This document shows, one piece after another, positions 39,701-53,486 of a stretch of DNA of 64,000 nt. The notes under the pieces were generated by a model. It ran no database searches. It had not been told where the DNA came from and saw only the letters and a list, made by a program, of their open reading frames with translations. The stretch lies in NCBI RefSeq assembly GCF_009914755.1, contig NC_060948.1; one strand, written 5' to 3'. Position 1 is the first letter of the stretch. Each line of letters begins with the position of its first letter. The DNA comes from the human T2T-CHM13v2.0 reference genome, Homo sapiens. The position numbers and the translations under genes are program-made.

Positions 39701-40256
39701 ATGGGGTTCAGGGACCTACTTGGGGAGGCAGTCTATCCCTTAGCAGAGCTTGAGCACTGTGCTGGGAGATCTGCTGGTCTCTTCAGAGCCAACTGGCAGG
39801 GAACTGTTTAAGTGTGCCACCCCTTCCCCCAGGTGCTATGTCCCAGTGAGATGGGAGTTCTATCTATAAGCCCCTGATTGGTGTTGCTGCCTTTCTTTCA
39901 GAGATGCCCTGCCCAGAGAGGAGGAATCTAGAGAGGCAGTCTATAGCGGCTTTGTCGAGCTGCAGTGGATTCTGTCCATTCTGACCTTTCCAGAGGCTTT
40001 GTTTACGCTGTGAGGGGAAAACTGCCTACTCAAGCCTCAGTAATGGCAGACACCCCTCCCCACACCAAGCTCCAGTGTCCCAGGTTTACTTCAGACTGCT
40101 GTGCTGGCAGCGAGAATTTCAAGCCAGTGGATCTTAGCTTCCTGGGCTCCATGGGCTCTGCTAAGCTAGACGACTTGACTCCCTGGCTTCAGCCCCCTTT
40201 CCAGGGGATTGAACTGTTTTGTCTTGGTGGCCCTTCCAGGCTCCACTGTGGGCATG

Positions 40257-40321
40257 AAAAACAAAACAAAACAAAACAAAACAAAACAAAACAAAACAAA
40301 ACAAAACAAAACAAAAAAAAA
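40257..40321. repeat. (CAAAA)n pentanucleotide microsatellite in the L1 5' UTR
   Basis: About 11 perfect caaaa units. Confidence 0.95.
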
Positions 40322-40848
40322 CTGCAGCTAGCTCAGTGTCTGCCCAAATGGCCGCCCAGTTTTGTGCTTGAAACCCAGGGCCCTGGTGGTGTAGGCACCT
40401 GAGGGAATCCTCTGGGTCTGTGGGTTGAAGATTGAGAAAAGCATAGTATCTGAGCCAAGTGCATGATTCCTCATGGTACAGTCCCTCACGGCTTCCCTTG
40501 GCTCAGCAAGGGAGTTCCCTGACCCCTTCCCGGATGAGGCAACGCCCCACTCTGCTTTGGCTCCGCCTCTGTGGGCTGCACCCCCTTTCTAACCAGTCCC
40601 AGTGAGATGAGGAGGGTGTCTCAGTGAGAAATGCAGAAATCTGCCTTCTGCATTGATCTCACTAGGAGTTGTAGACCAGAGCTGTTCCTATTCGGCCATT
40701 TTGCCAGCCACCTCCTAGAGTCAAATCAATTTTATTTTTTAAGACTTTTTTTTAGTTGTTTGGATAAAAGAATATATGAAAAGGCGTGGAATAAAAATGG
40801 CTTCTGCATTGAAAGAAAAGAACAAATAAGGTTTTGCGGCAAAATAAG

Positions 40849-41427
40849 TAATCAAGGAAATGACTGTGTTCTTGGCATGCTGCTTCAACAGGGATGATCT
40901 TATAGCCAACACAATAAGCCTTAGCATTTGCATTGTCACTGGGCTCATTCAACCTAAGCTATCTTCAGTAGACTTTCCCCTCTAAAGAGCACGTACATTT
41001 TGATTTTACCTATCCTCATAATGACCATTTGCTCATTTTAATAGGAAAACGCACACCCGTGGGTAGGGATTTAAGATGCTAATGAGACATATGACATATG
41101 AACAAGTATCTTGAGGACCCAGAGGACCACCCACAACATGCTTACTAGGAACATCTTTCTGACCTCCTTACAAATAATCATGTAAGATTCCCATACAGGG
41201 AGTCTCCCTCAGGCCAGTTTCATACCTATAAGCAGCCCATCCTCTCTCAGGGTGTCATCTCTCTTTTTCTCAGGGTGTATTCTCTCTATTCTGTACCTAA
41301 ATTTCAACATACTCTTTTTCTTTTGCAAAGAATTACTCTATGCCACACCCCTTTTGCTGTGTGTCTCTTGTTTACATTATTTTAATCTAAGAAGACAAAA
41401 ACCAAGGTATCACAATAACCATCAACA
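40849..41427 (+). mobile_element. Solo LTR (LTR18-like, ERVL)
   Basis: gatttaagatgctaatgagacatatgac, cccagaggaccacccacaacatgcttactag, ending ccatcaaca; family assignment from recall. Confidence 0.55.
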
Positions 41428-41505
41428 GTTTCACTAAACATTTGATAACCCTGACAATTCTATTTGAAATACATTGTGCATTCTATTCTACATAGTGTAC
41501 ATGTC

Positions 41506-41803
41506 TGGGTGTGGTAGCTCACGCCTGTAATCCCAGCACTTTGGGAGGTGGAAGTGGGGGTATCCCTTGAGCTCAGGAGTTTGAGACTAACCTCGGCAAC
41601 ACAGAAAAACCCTTTGTTTACCAAAAATAAAAAAAATTAGCCGGTGTGGTGGCAGGCACTTGTGGTCCCAGTTACTTGGGAGTCTAAGGTGGTAGGATTG
41701 CTTGAGCCTGGGAGGTAGAGATGGCAGTGAACCAAGATTATGTCAGTGCACATAAGCCTGGGTGACAGTGAGACCTTGTCTCAAAAACAAACAAACAAAA
41801 AAA
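41506..41803 (+). mobile_element. Alu (AluJ-like)
   Basis: Dimeric Alu with ggattgcttgagcctggg. Confidence 0.9.
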
Positions 41804-42129
41804 CCTCTAATCTACATAGGGTACACAGTGTATTCTAACTTAATCAATAACCTATTTGTACAATGATAAGACACTTAAGATGATGAGGACTGTGGATAGC
41901 AAAGACAACAGGCTAGAGAAATGAAGGCTTCTAAAAAGAGATGCTTTAGAGTTGGATTTTATTCAGAGTAGAGGATAAAATATACTTGAAATAAAATACG
42001 CTTGTAATATTAGAATAAGGAAAAGTATTGATTAGAAATAAAAATATCAAAATAAAACAACTTTAAAATGTAACAATGAGGGGCTTTATTTTCCTGGGCA
42101 ATTGATGCACACTACAGATTTATAAATAA

Positions 42130-42350
42130 ATATGTTAGGAAATGAGGAAATTCAGGTATACAAAAAAGGAAGCTGAGATTTAAATACAAACAGTATGGCT
42201 CTAGTGTCTATGTATCCATTACTTTGTAGTAAACTAGTTTCTTTGGAGCAAATCCTGGGCCTGAGTTTCCTCACCTATAAAAAGAGAATAATGACACCTA
42301 TTTTATAATAATACTATGAAGAGTAAGATAATAAGAATGAGAGTGTTAAC
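42130..42350. mobile_element. MIR fragments
   Basis: gggcctgagtttcctcacctataaaaagagaataatgacaccta core; aaatgaggaaattcagg on the opposite orientation. Confidence 0.6.
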
Positions 42351-42355
42351 ATACA

Positions 42356-42812
42356 TACAGTAAGCAGAATAACAACTACATCCACCTCCCTAACAAGGAT
42401 GTCCACATCTTAATTCCCATAATCTGTGATTATGTGATGCAGCAAGGCAAAGGAAATTAAATTTGCAGATGAATTTAAGGTATCTCATCAGCTGACCTTG
42501 AAATCTGACAATTATCCTGTATTATCTGGCTAGGTCCAATATAATGGCAAGGGGCCATAAAAATAAAAGAGGGAAACAGAAGCATTAGTGTCAGAATGAT
42601 GCAATGTGAGAAAGACATGATCAGACTCTGCAGGTTTCAAAGACAGAAGGGGTCCATAAATCAAGGAATGTAGACAGTCTCAAGAAGCTAGAAAAAGCAA
42701 GCCAACAGATTCTTCCTTACAATTGCTTCCTAGATCTCTAAGATAATAAATTTATGTGTTAGGTCAGGAAATCTGTAGTATTTTGTTAAAGTAGCAATAT
42801 AAAACTATTATG
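42356..42812 (+). mobile_element. MaLR solo LTR (MLT1D-like)
   Basis: gatgtccacatcttaattccc...tcagctgaccttgaaat...caaggaatgtagacagtctcaagaagctagaaaaagcaag...gtagcaatataaaacta. Confidence 0.75.
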
Positions 42813-43442
42813 ATATGCAAAAGGTTTAAAAATTTGTACTCAATAAATGAGAAACATATTATCTGAACTCAGTATGAAAAATTCCTAAACACAGTTAAAA
42901 TAATTACAATTATTAAAGTTTAGTTTTTGACTTTGAAAAAGTTGTGGCATAAGTGCCACCTGAAATTTTAGTAGTTCACACATTGAAAACATGTTTAGAC
43001 CATTCTCTACTATCAGGCCCAAATAATTTCTGAAAAATCATGTAAGATATTGTTACTATTTATTACTTTTGCAGAAAAGGAAGCTAGAATTATAGAAGTT
43101 TAGTAACTGGCCATGAGACTCCAAGACAAAGAAGTGAAGAAACCAAGATTATATGCAGATCGGACTCCAGGGCTTGGATTTCTCACCACTGTTCTATTCT
43201 GTTCTCCTTTTAACACTTTTTTGTGACATTAAATAGAACATCTCCCAAGTCTACAAAGTTAAAGACAGACAAATAACAGTTGTTACATCATAAGAAGCAT
43301 AACGAACGAAAGTACATTTACGTTTAAGACAGCAAATTTTAAAAGTGAAATATAAGTAATGCTTTAAATGATAGTCAAAGGATATGTAACAAACGAACTT
43401 TATGTTGATTTCTTTGGAATTGAACTGTTTAAATTTCCGAAA

Positions 43443-43606
43443 ATTAATTAATTAATTAATTTATTGGCATAGTTTCACTCTGTCATTGAGGCTCAGTGCA
43501 GTGACTTGGCTCACTGCTGTGACCTATACCTTCTGGGCTCAAGTGATTCTCCCTTTTCAGCCTCCTGAGTAGCTGAGACCACAGGTGCACAGCACCACAC
43601 CTGGGT
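43443..43606 (-). mobile_element. Alu right-arm fragment (AluJ-like)
   Basis: gggctcaagtgattctcccttttcagcctcctgagtagctgagaccacagg. Confidence 0.75.
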
Positions 43607-43613
43607 AAGAAAA

Positions 43614-43686
43614 ATTACTTTTTAACTACTAGTTTGTGTATTTTTAACTACTAGTTTGTGTTACTTTTTAACTACTAGTTTATGTA
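43614..43686. repeat. Short tandem repeat, three units of about 22-24 bp
   Basis: tttttaactactagtttgtg repeated three times head to tail. Confidence 0.9.
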
Positions 43687-44939
43687 TTGAATTCTACAAT
43701 ACATAATTATTTGGGGGATCACTAAGGATGGATTTTTAAAACTATGTATTCTAAAAAGAATGATTTCTACTTTAATTCCTGTCTGACATACTCCCCTGAA
43801 TTAAAGATTTCCTAAAGTTCAACTTTTCAGAAGAAAATGTGATACTTACTATTGTTTTGGATGGATTTCCAAGTGGCCTCATATTTATCATGGTGCTTTA
43901 AATAGCAAAAAACAAACTAACCTATTGTTGCATAACCCAGAATTAATAATGTGGTTAACTGATAATAAGGTTAGTTAACCTCCCTCTAAAGTTTTTATTT
44001 TTTACTATGCTTCTCACAGCTAGTCTTATTTATTATTGTAGCAGATCACATCTGCCATTTAACTACACAAAGAAGGTCCTTTTAAATTACACTGAAAAAT
44101 CTAACCAGTACCTGCAGCCTTATCACTTAATTCCTTTCAAGGATTCTGTTCAAAGAAATGCTTTTAATAGTAAAGCATAATGAATACACAAGTCTCATGA
44201 AAACGAAAAGTCACAGAGCTATATAAAGAATACACAGACCAAAACAATACATTTCAAGTATCTGAAACTATCAATAAGTTGCAAAAAGTGAGGATTTCCT
44301 TTCACTTTCGATAAAGTCATTTTAAAATTAAAATCAAGAGTAGAAATCTTTATTTTGATGAACACAGATAAAGGGCAGGAACAAATACCTTTTCACTAAT
44401 TTTTTTAAGCTTTAAGGTAAATTTAGTAACATCTCATAATACAAAATGAAAATTATATACTATATGTAATAAACATTTTTATCACAGCAATATTATAGTT
44501 TTATTTGCCTGATTATATCACAGCAATATATTATATATAAAATTTTAAATATTTAAATATATTTTTATAAAAAATATTATGTACATAAAAATATATTTAT
44601 ATATGACACAGCAACATTGTATCACAGCAACTGTTGTGGATACAATCAGGAAAATACTACACTGCAACATTATTTCCACTACTTCAAAAAAAAAAAAAAG
44701 TCTAACCTGTATCAAATACAAGGAAATGAACCAGATAGATAAAAAAATAGGGAACATTCTAAAAACAACTGGCTTGTTTCTTTTAAATCTGTTTCTTAAA
44801 GAAAGAATGTATTAGAAAGGGTTCTTACATACTTAAAAAAGACTAAACAGATACAACAACCGAGTACTAAATTTAATGGGAACCTTAAGTAAACCTGAAC
44901 TGAGAATAAGAATGGATTCTGAAAAGAAGCAAGATCTTT

Positions 44940-45214
44940 ATCAGGTATTTTTCCTAATGCTATCCCTCCCCTAGCCCCCGACTCCTTGACAGGCCCTTCC
45001 CTGTGTCCATGTGTTCTTACTGATTAACTCCCACTTATGAGTGAGAACATGCAGTGTTTGGTATTCTGTTGTTGTGTTAGTTTGCTGAGAATGATGTAGA
45101 TGACAGGTTCACGGGTGCAGCAAACCACCATGGCATGTGTATACCTATGTAACAAACCTGCATGTTCTGCAGATGTACCTCCAAACTTGAAGTATAATAA
45201 TAAAAAAATAAATA
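44940..45214. mobile_element. 5'-inverted truncated L1PA 3' end (twin-priming structure)
   Basis: 44940-45095 is antisense L1 3' UTR; 45096-45214 is sense, ending in an A-rich tail; agaagcaaga flanks the composite at about 44925 and 45541. Confidence 0.85.
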
Positions 45215-45535
45215 GGCCAGGTGCAGTGGCTCCCAGCACTTTGGGAGGCTGAGGTGGGCAGATCACCTGAGGTTGGGAGTTCGAGACCAGCCTGACCAAC
45301 ATGGAGAAACCCCGTCTCTACTAAAAATACAAAAATTAGCTGCCAGGCATGGTGGTGGGCAACTGTAATCCCAGCTACGAGGGACGCTGAGGCAGGAGAA
45401 TCACTTGAACCCAGGAATCGGAGGTGCGGTGAGCTGAGATCACGCCATTGCACTCCAGCTTGGGCAACAAGAGCAAAACTCTGTCTCAAAAAAATAAATA
45501 AATAAATAAATAAATAAATAAAAATAAAAAAAATA
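45215..45535 (+). mobile_element. Alu (AluSp-like) inserted in the L1 tail, (TAAA)n tail
   Basis: ggccaggtgcagtggctcccagcac (short deletion), gaccaacatggagaaacc. Confidence 0.92.
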
Positions 45536-46667
45536 AGTGAAGAAGCAAGACTTTTAAAAAGGCCGTTTTTTAATAGGGTGTAAATTTTATCTAGATATAA
45601 TATAATGTTTTTAATTTTCTTAGGTATAACAATGGTATGGTGGCTATGAAAGGAAATTACTGTATTAAAGATGCAGAGATGAATTATTTGGGGTCGCATA
45701 CAATATATGTAATGTAATTTCACCTAGTTCACCTAAACATGTTTATGTGAGCATATTAATATAGAAAGCCTACAAATAAACACGGCAAAAACTTAACTGA
45801 TAAAAGCAGGTGAATGTTCTATCAGCATGCAGCGTACTATCTCCCTAACTTTTCTGTAGGTTTGAAAAATTCCAAAATACAATATCTGGGGGAAAGTATT
45901 CATATGTATATTGGGAAAGTGTAGCTATTGGCAAATTTGATATATTTAAAAATGCATCTTAATATAGAAAAACTGTAGGAGTTGAATAAATTAAAACGAG
46001 GTTAGTCAATCTACTAATGTAGTACTTAATGCAGTCCTTCCATGGTGTTATGAAAATAGCTAAGAGTTCAGAAACGTCAGTATTCATCACCTTATCAACA
46101 ACTATTTAGTACTCTAGCCTATATTTCAGACTCCTTAAGCAATAGATGTGTACATAAACCTGATCTTTTAACAGAAATTTTTACTTAAACATTCTTTGAA
46201 GATTTAAATTCTACATGTCTAAAAGCCAAGATGATAAGTACTACTCTCTACAACTAACTCATTTGTCTTCCTTATCCTTTAGCTTCAATCTCAGTGACAG
46301 GCATAAACGATGCCTGAGTGAAGCACGCCAAAGTCCAGCAATTCTGATTCCTCATTTTTCCTATTCTTTAACAGAAATACTCTTTCAGGTTCTGTTCCTC
46401 ACTAAGATTTTCTAATGTTTTCTCTCTCTCAGGGCAATTACAAACTAGTACACGGAATGCCTCAGTTAGCTTCCTCCTTTAAATCTGAAGTTCTGCATTT
46501 CCAAAGCTTTTTCTAACATCAGTATCCAACTTCTCAAAGTTGTCACTGTCTTGAACTGAAGTCATGTGTCACAATTATTAAGAAGTGTTTTCATATTAGA
46601 AAGATATATTTTTAAATACTTTGTCTCTAACTAGGTACATGATATAAGGCTACAATAATTGAGATAA

Positions 46668-46984
46668 GGCTGGGTGCAGTGGCTCAAGCCTGTAATCCCA
46701 GCACTTTGGGAGGCTGAAGCAGACAGACCATTTGAAGTCAGGAGTTTTGAGCCCTGTCTTGATGACATGATGAAATCCTTTCTCTACATAAAAAAGAAAA
46801 AAATTGCTGGGCATGGTGGTATGTTCCTGTGGTCCTAGCTACTAAGTGGGGCTGAGGTGGAAGGATCACTCGAACCTGGGAGGTTCTGGCTACAGTGAAC
46901 CCTAATCATACCACTGCACTGTAGCCTGGGTAACAGAGCAAGACCCTGTATCAAAAATGAATGAATGAATGAATAAATAAATAA
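46668..46984 (+). mobile_element. Alu (AluJ-like) with (GAAT)n/(AAAT)n tail
   Basis: Dimeric diverged Alu. Confidence 0.88.
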
Positions 46985-47132
46985 GTAGAGAAAGGAAGAA
47001 AGATATAAAACTTCCCCAAACTGCAGAAGAAAAGCATATTCGAATTCATTATGCCCAAAAACCCCAAATAAACTAAGCATCAAAAGATCTTTGCCAGGAC
47101 ACATTATTTAATTGCTTAAAATCAAAGACAAC

Positions 47133-47450
47133 GGCTGGGCGTGGTGGCTCACGCCTATAATCCCAGCACCTTGGGAAGCTGAGGCGGGCGGATCACGAGG
47201 TCAGGAGATCGAGACCATCCCGGCTAACACGGTGAAACCTCGTCTCTACTAAAAATACAAAAAATTAGCTGGGCGTGGTTGCAGCCCAGCTGCAACCTGT
47301 AGTCCCGGCTACTCTACTCGGGAGGCTGAGGCAGGAGAATGGCGTCAACCCGGAAGGCAGAGCTTGCAGTGAGCTGAGATCCCGTCACTGCACTCCAGCC
47401 TGGGCAACAGAGCGAGACTCGTCTCAAAAAACCCCCCCCAAAAAAAACAA
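47133..47450 (+). mobile_element. AluY-family element
   Basis: ggatcacgaggtcaggagatcgagaccatcccggctaacacggtg; caaagacaa on both flanks; sits in an old L1 ORF1 fragment. Confidence 0.9.
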
Positions 47451-49959
47451 AGACAAAGAGAGTTTTGAAAATAGCAAGAGAAGAACAAACCATCACATTT
47501 AAGGGAATCAGCAGAAACTTTACAAACCAGAGAAGACTGTGGTAATATTAAGAGTAAGAAAAAACAAAACAAAAACAAAAACAAAAACAAATCTGCCCTC
47601 AAAAAATAATATGCTCAGCAAAATTATCCTTTAAAATTAAAGGAGACGTAAAGTCTTTCTCAGACACACAAAACTGAGTGAGTTAGCAGTAGATCTGCCT
47701 TAACAGAAATGCTTAAAGAAGTTCTTCAAATTGAAACAAACACATGCTAAAAAGCAAAGCAAAAACACAGAAAAACATAACTCTGAATATAAGTTCATGA
47801 ACACATAAAAATTAATGCAACACCGTACAAGTGGTGAACAAGGTTATTCTTAACCTTAATACAAGAGTTAGAAGATTAAAATGTGTTAATACAATGTTAA
47901 AAGAGGCAAACTAATTTTAAGAGCATAAAATGTGTGTTATCTGCGGGCAGTAAAAATGTTGTGTTTTGTACGTGATTCAAATTAAGTTGTTTTCAATTTA
48001 AAATAGAAGGGTTAACTACAATATACTTTAGAAGGGAACAAGAGGGCCATAAAGGACACTCCAGTTATCATCACCCCTGCAGGAACACCAAACTGATCAA
48101 CTATTTACACACGAAAGCACCTTCATCAGAAGCAAAACTCAGGTAAGCAATCACCGTACCTAGTTTTGACACAATATTTTTTAAAAAGCACTGAAGGAGG
48201 TAGAAAAGACACTTTCGAATCACTGACATCACCCATCCCCAAACCCCGTCAGTGACTGTGTTGAGCAAAGAACGTGTGCATGGGGGAAAGAGAGCTGTGA
48301 CTGCTGGACTTTGCATTGAAACTCTGTGCTGCCTTGGTTCAGTGAAAAGCAACATGAGGAAAAATTCTGCTGGTACCCACTGGGGGAGCATTTAGACCAG
48401 ATCTAGCCAGAGAACTGTCCTTCCCAGCAGTCAGAACCTGAGTTCTAGCTAGTCCCATCACTACGGACTAATGTGCTCTTGGGTACTAAATGAACATAAA
48501 AGTCAGTATCTGCCACAAAGACTGTAGTTCTCAGGCAAGTCCTAGTGCTGTACCGGGCTCAGAGCCATTGGACTTGAGGTGCATGTGACCAAGTGAGAGA
48601 CCAGTGAGGGAAGCCAAGGGAGTAACTGTGTCACCCTTCCCCAGTTCTAGGCAGCACTGCTTGCAGCTCTTGGAGAGACTCTTTCCTTTCATTTGGGGAG
48701 AAAAAGGTGAATAAAGAGGACTTTGTCATGCAACATGAATACCAGCTCTGCCAGAGTAGAACAGGGCGCCATCATGCAGAGTCCTGAGGCTCCCTTTCCA
48801 GGCCATACTTCCTGGATGACATTTCTAGACATACCCTGGGCCAGAAAAGAACTCACTCCTTTGAAGGAGAGGAGAAGACCCAGTTCTGGCAAGATTCAAC
48901 ATCTGCAGGCTACAGAGGCCTTGGGTCTTGAAGTATCAGCCATACCTTGACAGTATTTGTCACAATCCTTAGCTGAGACCTCGGGCCATGCTGGCTTCAG
49001 GTGTGACCCAGTATATTCTCAACAGGGGTGGCCATGAGGAAATATTCCTTCTGTTTGAGGAAAGGAGAGGGAAGAGGTAAACGGGACTTTGTCTTGCAGT
49101 TTGGGCACTAGTGTGGCCACAGTTGGGTAGAGCACAAAGCAGGTTCCTGGGGGCCCCCAATTTCAGGTGTTGGCACTTGGATGGCATTCTGGACCCACTC
49201 TAAGAAAAAAGGAGCCTGCTGGCCTAAAGAGAGAGATCCAAATCTGACTGCATTCAGCATAAGCTGACTGAAGAGCCCTTGGGCCTTCCGTGAACTTCGG
49301 TGGAGCCAGGCAGAACTTTCTGTGACTCTGGGAGTACAGAAACCATGTGGACAGACTACTTCTGCAAGAAGTAGAGGGAAGAGTGGGGCAGACTTTGTCT
49401 TGTAAGTTTGGGTACCAACTCATACTCAGTAGAAGAGAGCACCAGGTAGAATCCTAACATTCCAGACTCAAGGCCTTGTCTCTCAGGTGGCATTTCTAAA
49501 CTCCCCCTTGGCTGGGGAGAAGCCTGATGTCTTCAAAGGAAGGACACATTCCTGGCTGCATTCACCATCTGCTAATTGATGTAGGTGGGGAAATAACAGA
49601 AGGAGCCAGGCAGTGGTCACCCTGGGGCTTTGGGTTAGAGCCAGTGCGCTGTGCTGGGTTTGGGTCTGAACCAGTGCAGTCCCTGTGGTGATGGCCACAA
49701 GGGTGCTTGTGTCACCTGTCCCTCAGCTCCAGGAGTCTCAGCATGGTGAAAGTCTAGAGTTAAAATGGTGAAAGTCTCTGCCTCCATTTGTTTGAAGAAA
49801 AGTAAGGGAAGAGAACAAGAGTGTATACCTGGTAATGCAGAGAATTCTACTGAATCATTCCCAAGACCATGAAGGCAGTAACTCTATGAGTTCATAAAAA
49901 TCACAGTGTTACTGGGCTTGGGGTGCCCCTTAGGCAGATACGGCTGCAGCAACCAAAGA

Positions 49960-50252
49960 TTTTTTTCTTTAGAGATGGAGTTTCACACTGTTGCCTGGGC
50001 TCGAGTGCAATGGCATGACCTTGACTCACTGCAACCTCTACCTCCCAGGTTCAACCGATTCTCCTGCCTCAGGATCCCCAGAGTAGCTGGGATTACAGAT
50101 GCCCACGACCATGCCAGGTAATTTTTTTATTTTTAGCAGAGATGGGATTTCACTATGTTGGCCAGGTTGATCTCGAACTCCTGACCTCATGATCTACCTG
50201 CTTTGGACTTCCAAAGGGCTGGGATTACAAGCATGAGCCACCATATCCGGCC
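49960..50252 (-). mobile_element. Alu (AluS-like)
   Basis: Antisense dimeric Alu; accaaagattt TSD. Confidence 0.9.
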
Positions 50253-50817
50253 TGACCAAAGATTTAGATTACAACATCAAATCGCCTTTGAATACCTAGA
50301 AAACCTTCCTCTAAGAAAGACAGGTAGAAGCAGTCCCAGACATGAAGACTACAATAAATAACTCCTCAATGCCCAGACATTGACAAACATCCACATCTGC
50401 GACAATCCAGAGAAACATGATATATCCAAATTAAGTAAGGCACCAGGGGTCAGTCCCAGAGAGACAAGAGATCCATGACCTTTCAGACAAATAATTCAAA
50501 ACAGCTGTTTTGAGGAACCACAACTGTATGTAACATAACAGAGAGAAGGAATTTTCTATTAGATAAATTTGACAAAGAGATTAAAAAGAGTCAAGTAGAA
50601 ATTCTAGAGTTAAAAAAATGCAACTGACACACTGAAGAATGCATCAGAGATTTCTAATAGCAGAATTGATCAGAAGAATCAGTAAGCTTGAAAACAGGCT
50701 ATTTGAAAATATACTATCGGGGAGACAAAATAAAAAAGATTAAAGCACACCTACAAGCTCTATAAAGAGTGTTAAAAAGGCAAATCTAAGAGTTATTGGC
50801 ATTAAAGAGGAGATAGA

Positions 50818-51103
<286 letters not shown>

Positions 51104-51141
51104 GGAGACAGAGAGCAACATCAGGGTAGAAAGTTTATTGA

Positions 51142-51531
<390 letters not shown>

Positions 51532-53004
51532 TAACCCCAATAAGATGATCTTAGGCCTTTAAGAATAAAATTACCAAAGATCAAAGACAAAGGAAAGACC
51601 TAAAAGCAGTGACAGGGGAAACAAGTAACATACTTAAAAAAAAAAAAAGCTCCAAAACGTTTGTCAGCAGACTTCCTGGTGAAATCCCTAAAAGCCAGGA
51701 GAGAGCAGCATGACATACTTAAAGTGCTTAAGGAGAAAAATTTCCAGAATAGTATATCCAGCAAAAATATCAAACACAAAGGAGAAATACTTCTGACAAA
51801 CAAAAGATGAAGGATATCACCAATACCAGACTCGCTCTACAAGAAATGCTAACAGGAGTTCTTCAAGTACCAAATTTAACTACAAAAAGTTTTCAAGATA
51901 CAGACAATATAGTAAGATATAAATAGAAACAACAGAAAGTTTAAAAGGGGGATGAAATTAAAGTGTGAATTCCTTTAGTTTTCTCTTTGCTTGTTTTTGC
52001 AATCAGTGTTAAGTTGTCATCAGTATCACCAGAGAAAATCACCTTCATAAAAAGGGAGACAGCAAGGAAAGAAAAAACACAGAATGATGAAACAAAAATA
52101 CAGTTACAGGAGTAATTCCTTTTCCATAACATTGAATGTAAATGAACTAAGCTCTCCAATCAAAAGAAATAGAGTGGCTGAGTGCAGAATTAAAAAGATG
52201 CAACAACATACTGTCTACAAGAAACTGAAACTACAGAGACTGAAAAGAAAGGGATGAAAAGAGATATTCTATGCAAACAAAAATGAGCAAAGAACAGGAG
52301 TGGCTGTATTTATGCCACAAAACTGATTTCAAAATAAAACCTATTAAGAACAAAGAAAGTCATTATATAATGATAAAGGGGTCAATTCAATAAGAGGGTT
52401 TAACAATTGCAAACATATATGCACCCAACACTGTAGCACACAGATATACATATATGTATATATATGCAAATATTATGAGAACTAAAGGAAGATATAGATC
52501 CCAGTACAACAATGGCTAGAGACTTCAACACCCTGCTTTCAGCGTAGGGCAAGTCAGATCATTCAGACAGAAAATGAACCAAGCAGCATTGGACTTAGTA
52601 TGCATTATAGACCAAATGGACCTGACATATATTTACAGAACATTTCATCTAATGGCTGCGGAATACACATTCTTCTCCTCAGCATATGCATCATTCTCAA
52701 GGCCAGACCACATGATAGGCCAAAAAACAAGTCTTAAAACATTAAAAACAAAATGAAACAATATGAAATATCTTCTCTGACCATAATGGAATAAAACTAG
52801 ACATCAGTAACAAGCAGAACTTTTGAAAGTATAAAAGCAACTGGAAAATTTGTTGGGGAAAATTTTTCAACTGGAAAAACAATTATAATTTTCCAATTGT
52901 TTTTATAGTTTCAAACATTCTAGAATGGACAGAAGGCCAATAAAGAGATTAAGAATAAAATTTAAAAACTGCTTCAAACAAGTAACAATAAAAACACAAC
53001 ATAA

Positions 53005-53481
53005 TGAGGGAAGAGAGAGAGACCCTCTCATATTGTTTTATACTCAGTACTTATTTAAAAAACAAAAAAAAACAAGGAAGTAAAATCAAAGACAGGCAGC
53101 CTGGCACCAGGCCTGAAACCAGGCCTGGGCCTGCCTGGCGTAAACCCAGTAGTTAAAAATCAACTCATAACTTAGAAACTGATGTTATTCATAGATTCCA
53201 GACATTGTATAGAAGAACACTGTGAAACTCCCTGCCTTGTTCTGTTTCTCTCTGACCACCGGTGCATGCAGCCCCTGTCATGTACCCCTTGCTTGCTCAA
53301 ATCTATCATGACCCTTTCAAGTGAAATGCTTAGAGTTGTGAGCCCTTAAAAGGGACAGGAATTGCTCACTGGGGGAGCTCAGATTTTAAGGCAGTAGCTT
53401 GCTGATACTCCCAGCTGAATAAAGCCCTTCCTTCTACAACTCGGTATCTGAGAGGCTTTATCAGCGGCTCATCCTGCTACA
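53005..53481 (+). repeat. 5' LTR (LTR2B)
   Basis: tgagggaagagagagagaccctctcatattg...cctgctaca; ccttaaaag TATA-like box; AATAAA near 53418. Confidence 0.9.
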
Positions 53482-53486
53482 TTTCT

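Larger units (their letters stand above)
34541..40715 (-). mobile_element. Near full-length L1PA7/8-like LINE-1, inactive, sense to UTY
   Basis: 5' end ggaggtggctggcaaaatggccgaataggaacagctc; ORF1 (39364, ...NQNTSSPPKDHSSSPAREQNW); ORF2 MTGSNSHITILTLN (38270); [10 protein letters not shown] and LFADDMIVY; 3' UTR lacking its end; multiple stops. Confidence 0.93.

Noticed and set aside
34541-40715. Retrotransposition-competent L1
   Set aside because: ORF1 and ORF2 are broken by many stops and frameshifts, an internal deletion and a missing 3' end
43614-43686. CRISPR-like repeat array
   Set aside because: Head-to-tail units without unique spacers, in primate DNA with no cas genes
45145-45723. 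192-aa ORF and similar ORFs (50963-51448, 13643-13951, 61560-61904, 22695-22910)
   Set aside because: These are translations of Alu sequence with typical Alu-derived peptides and no gene structure
48680-49830. Recurring units of about 300-400 bp that look like a novel repeat array
   Set aside because: They lie in the 5' UTR of an old L1 upstream of ORF1, where internal repeats are expected
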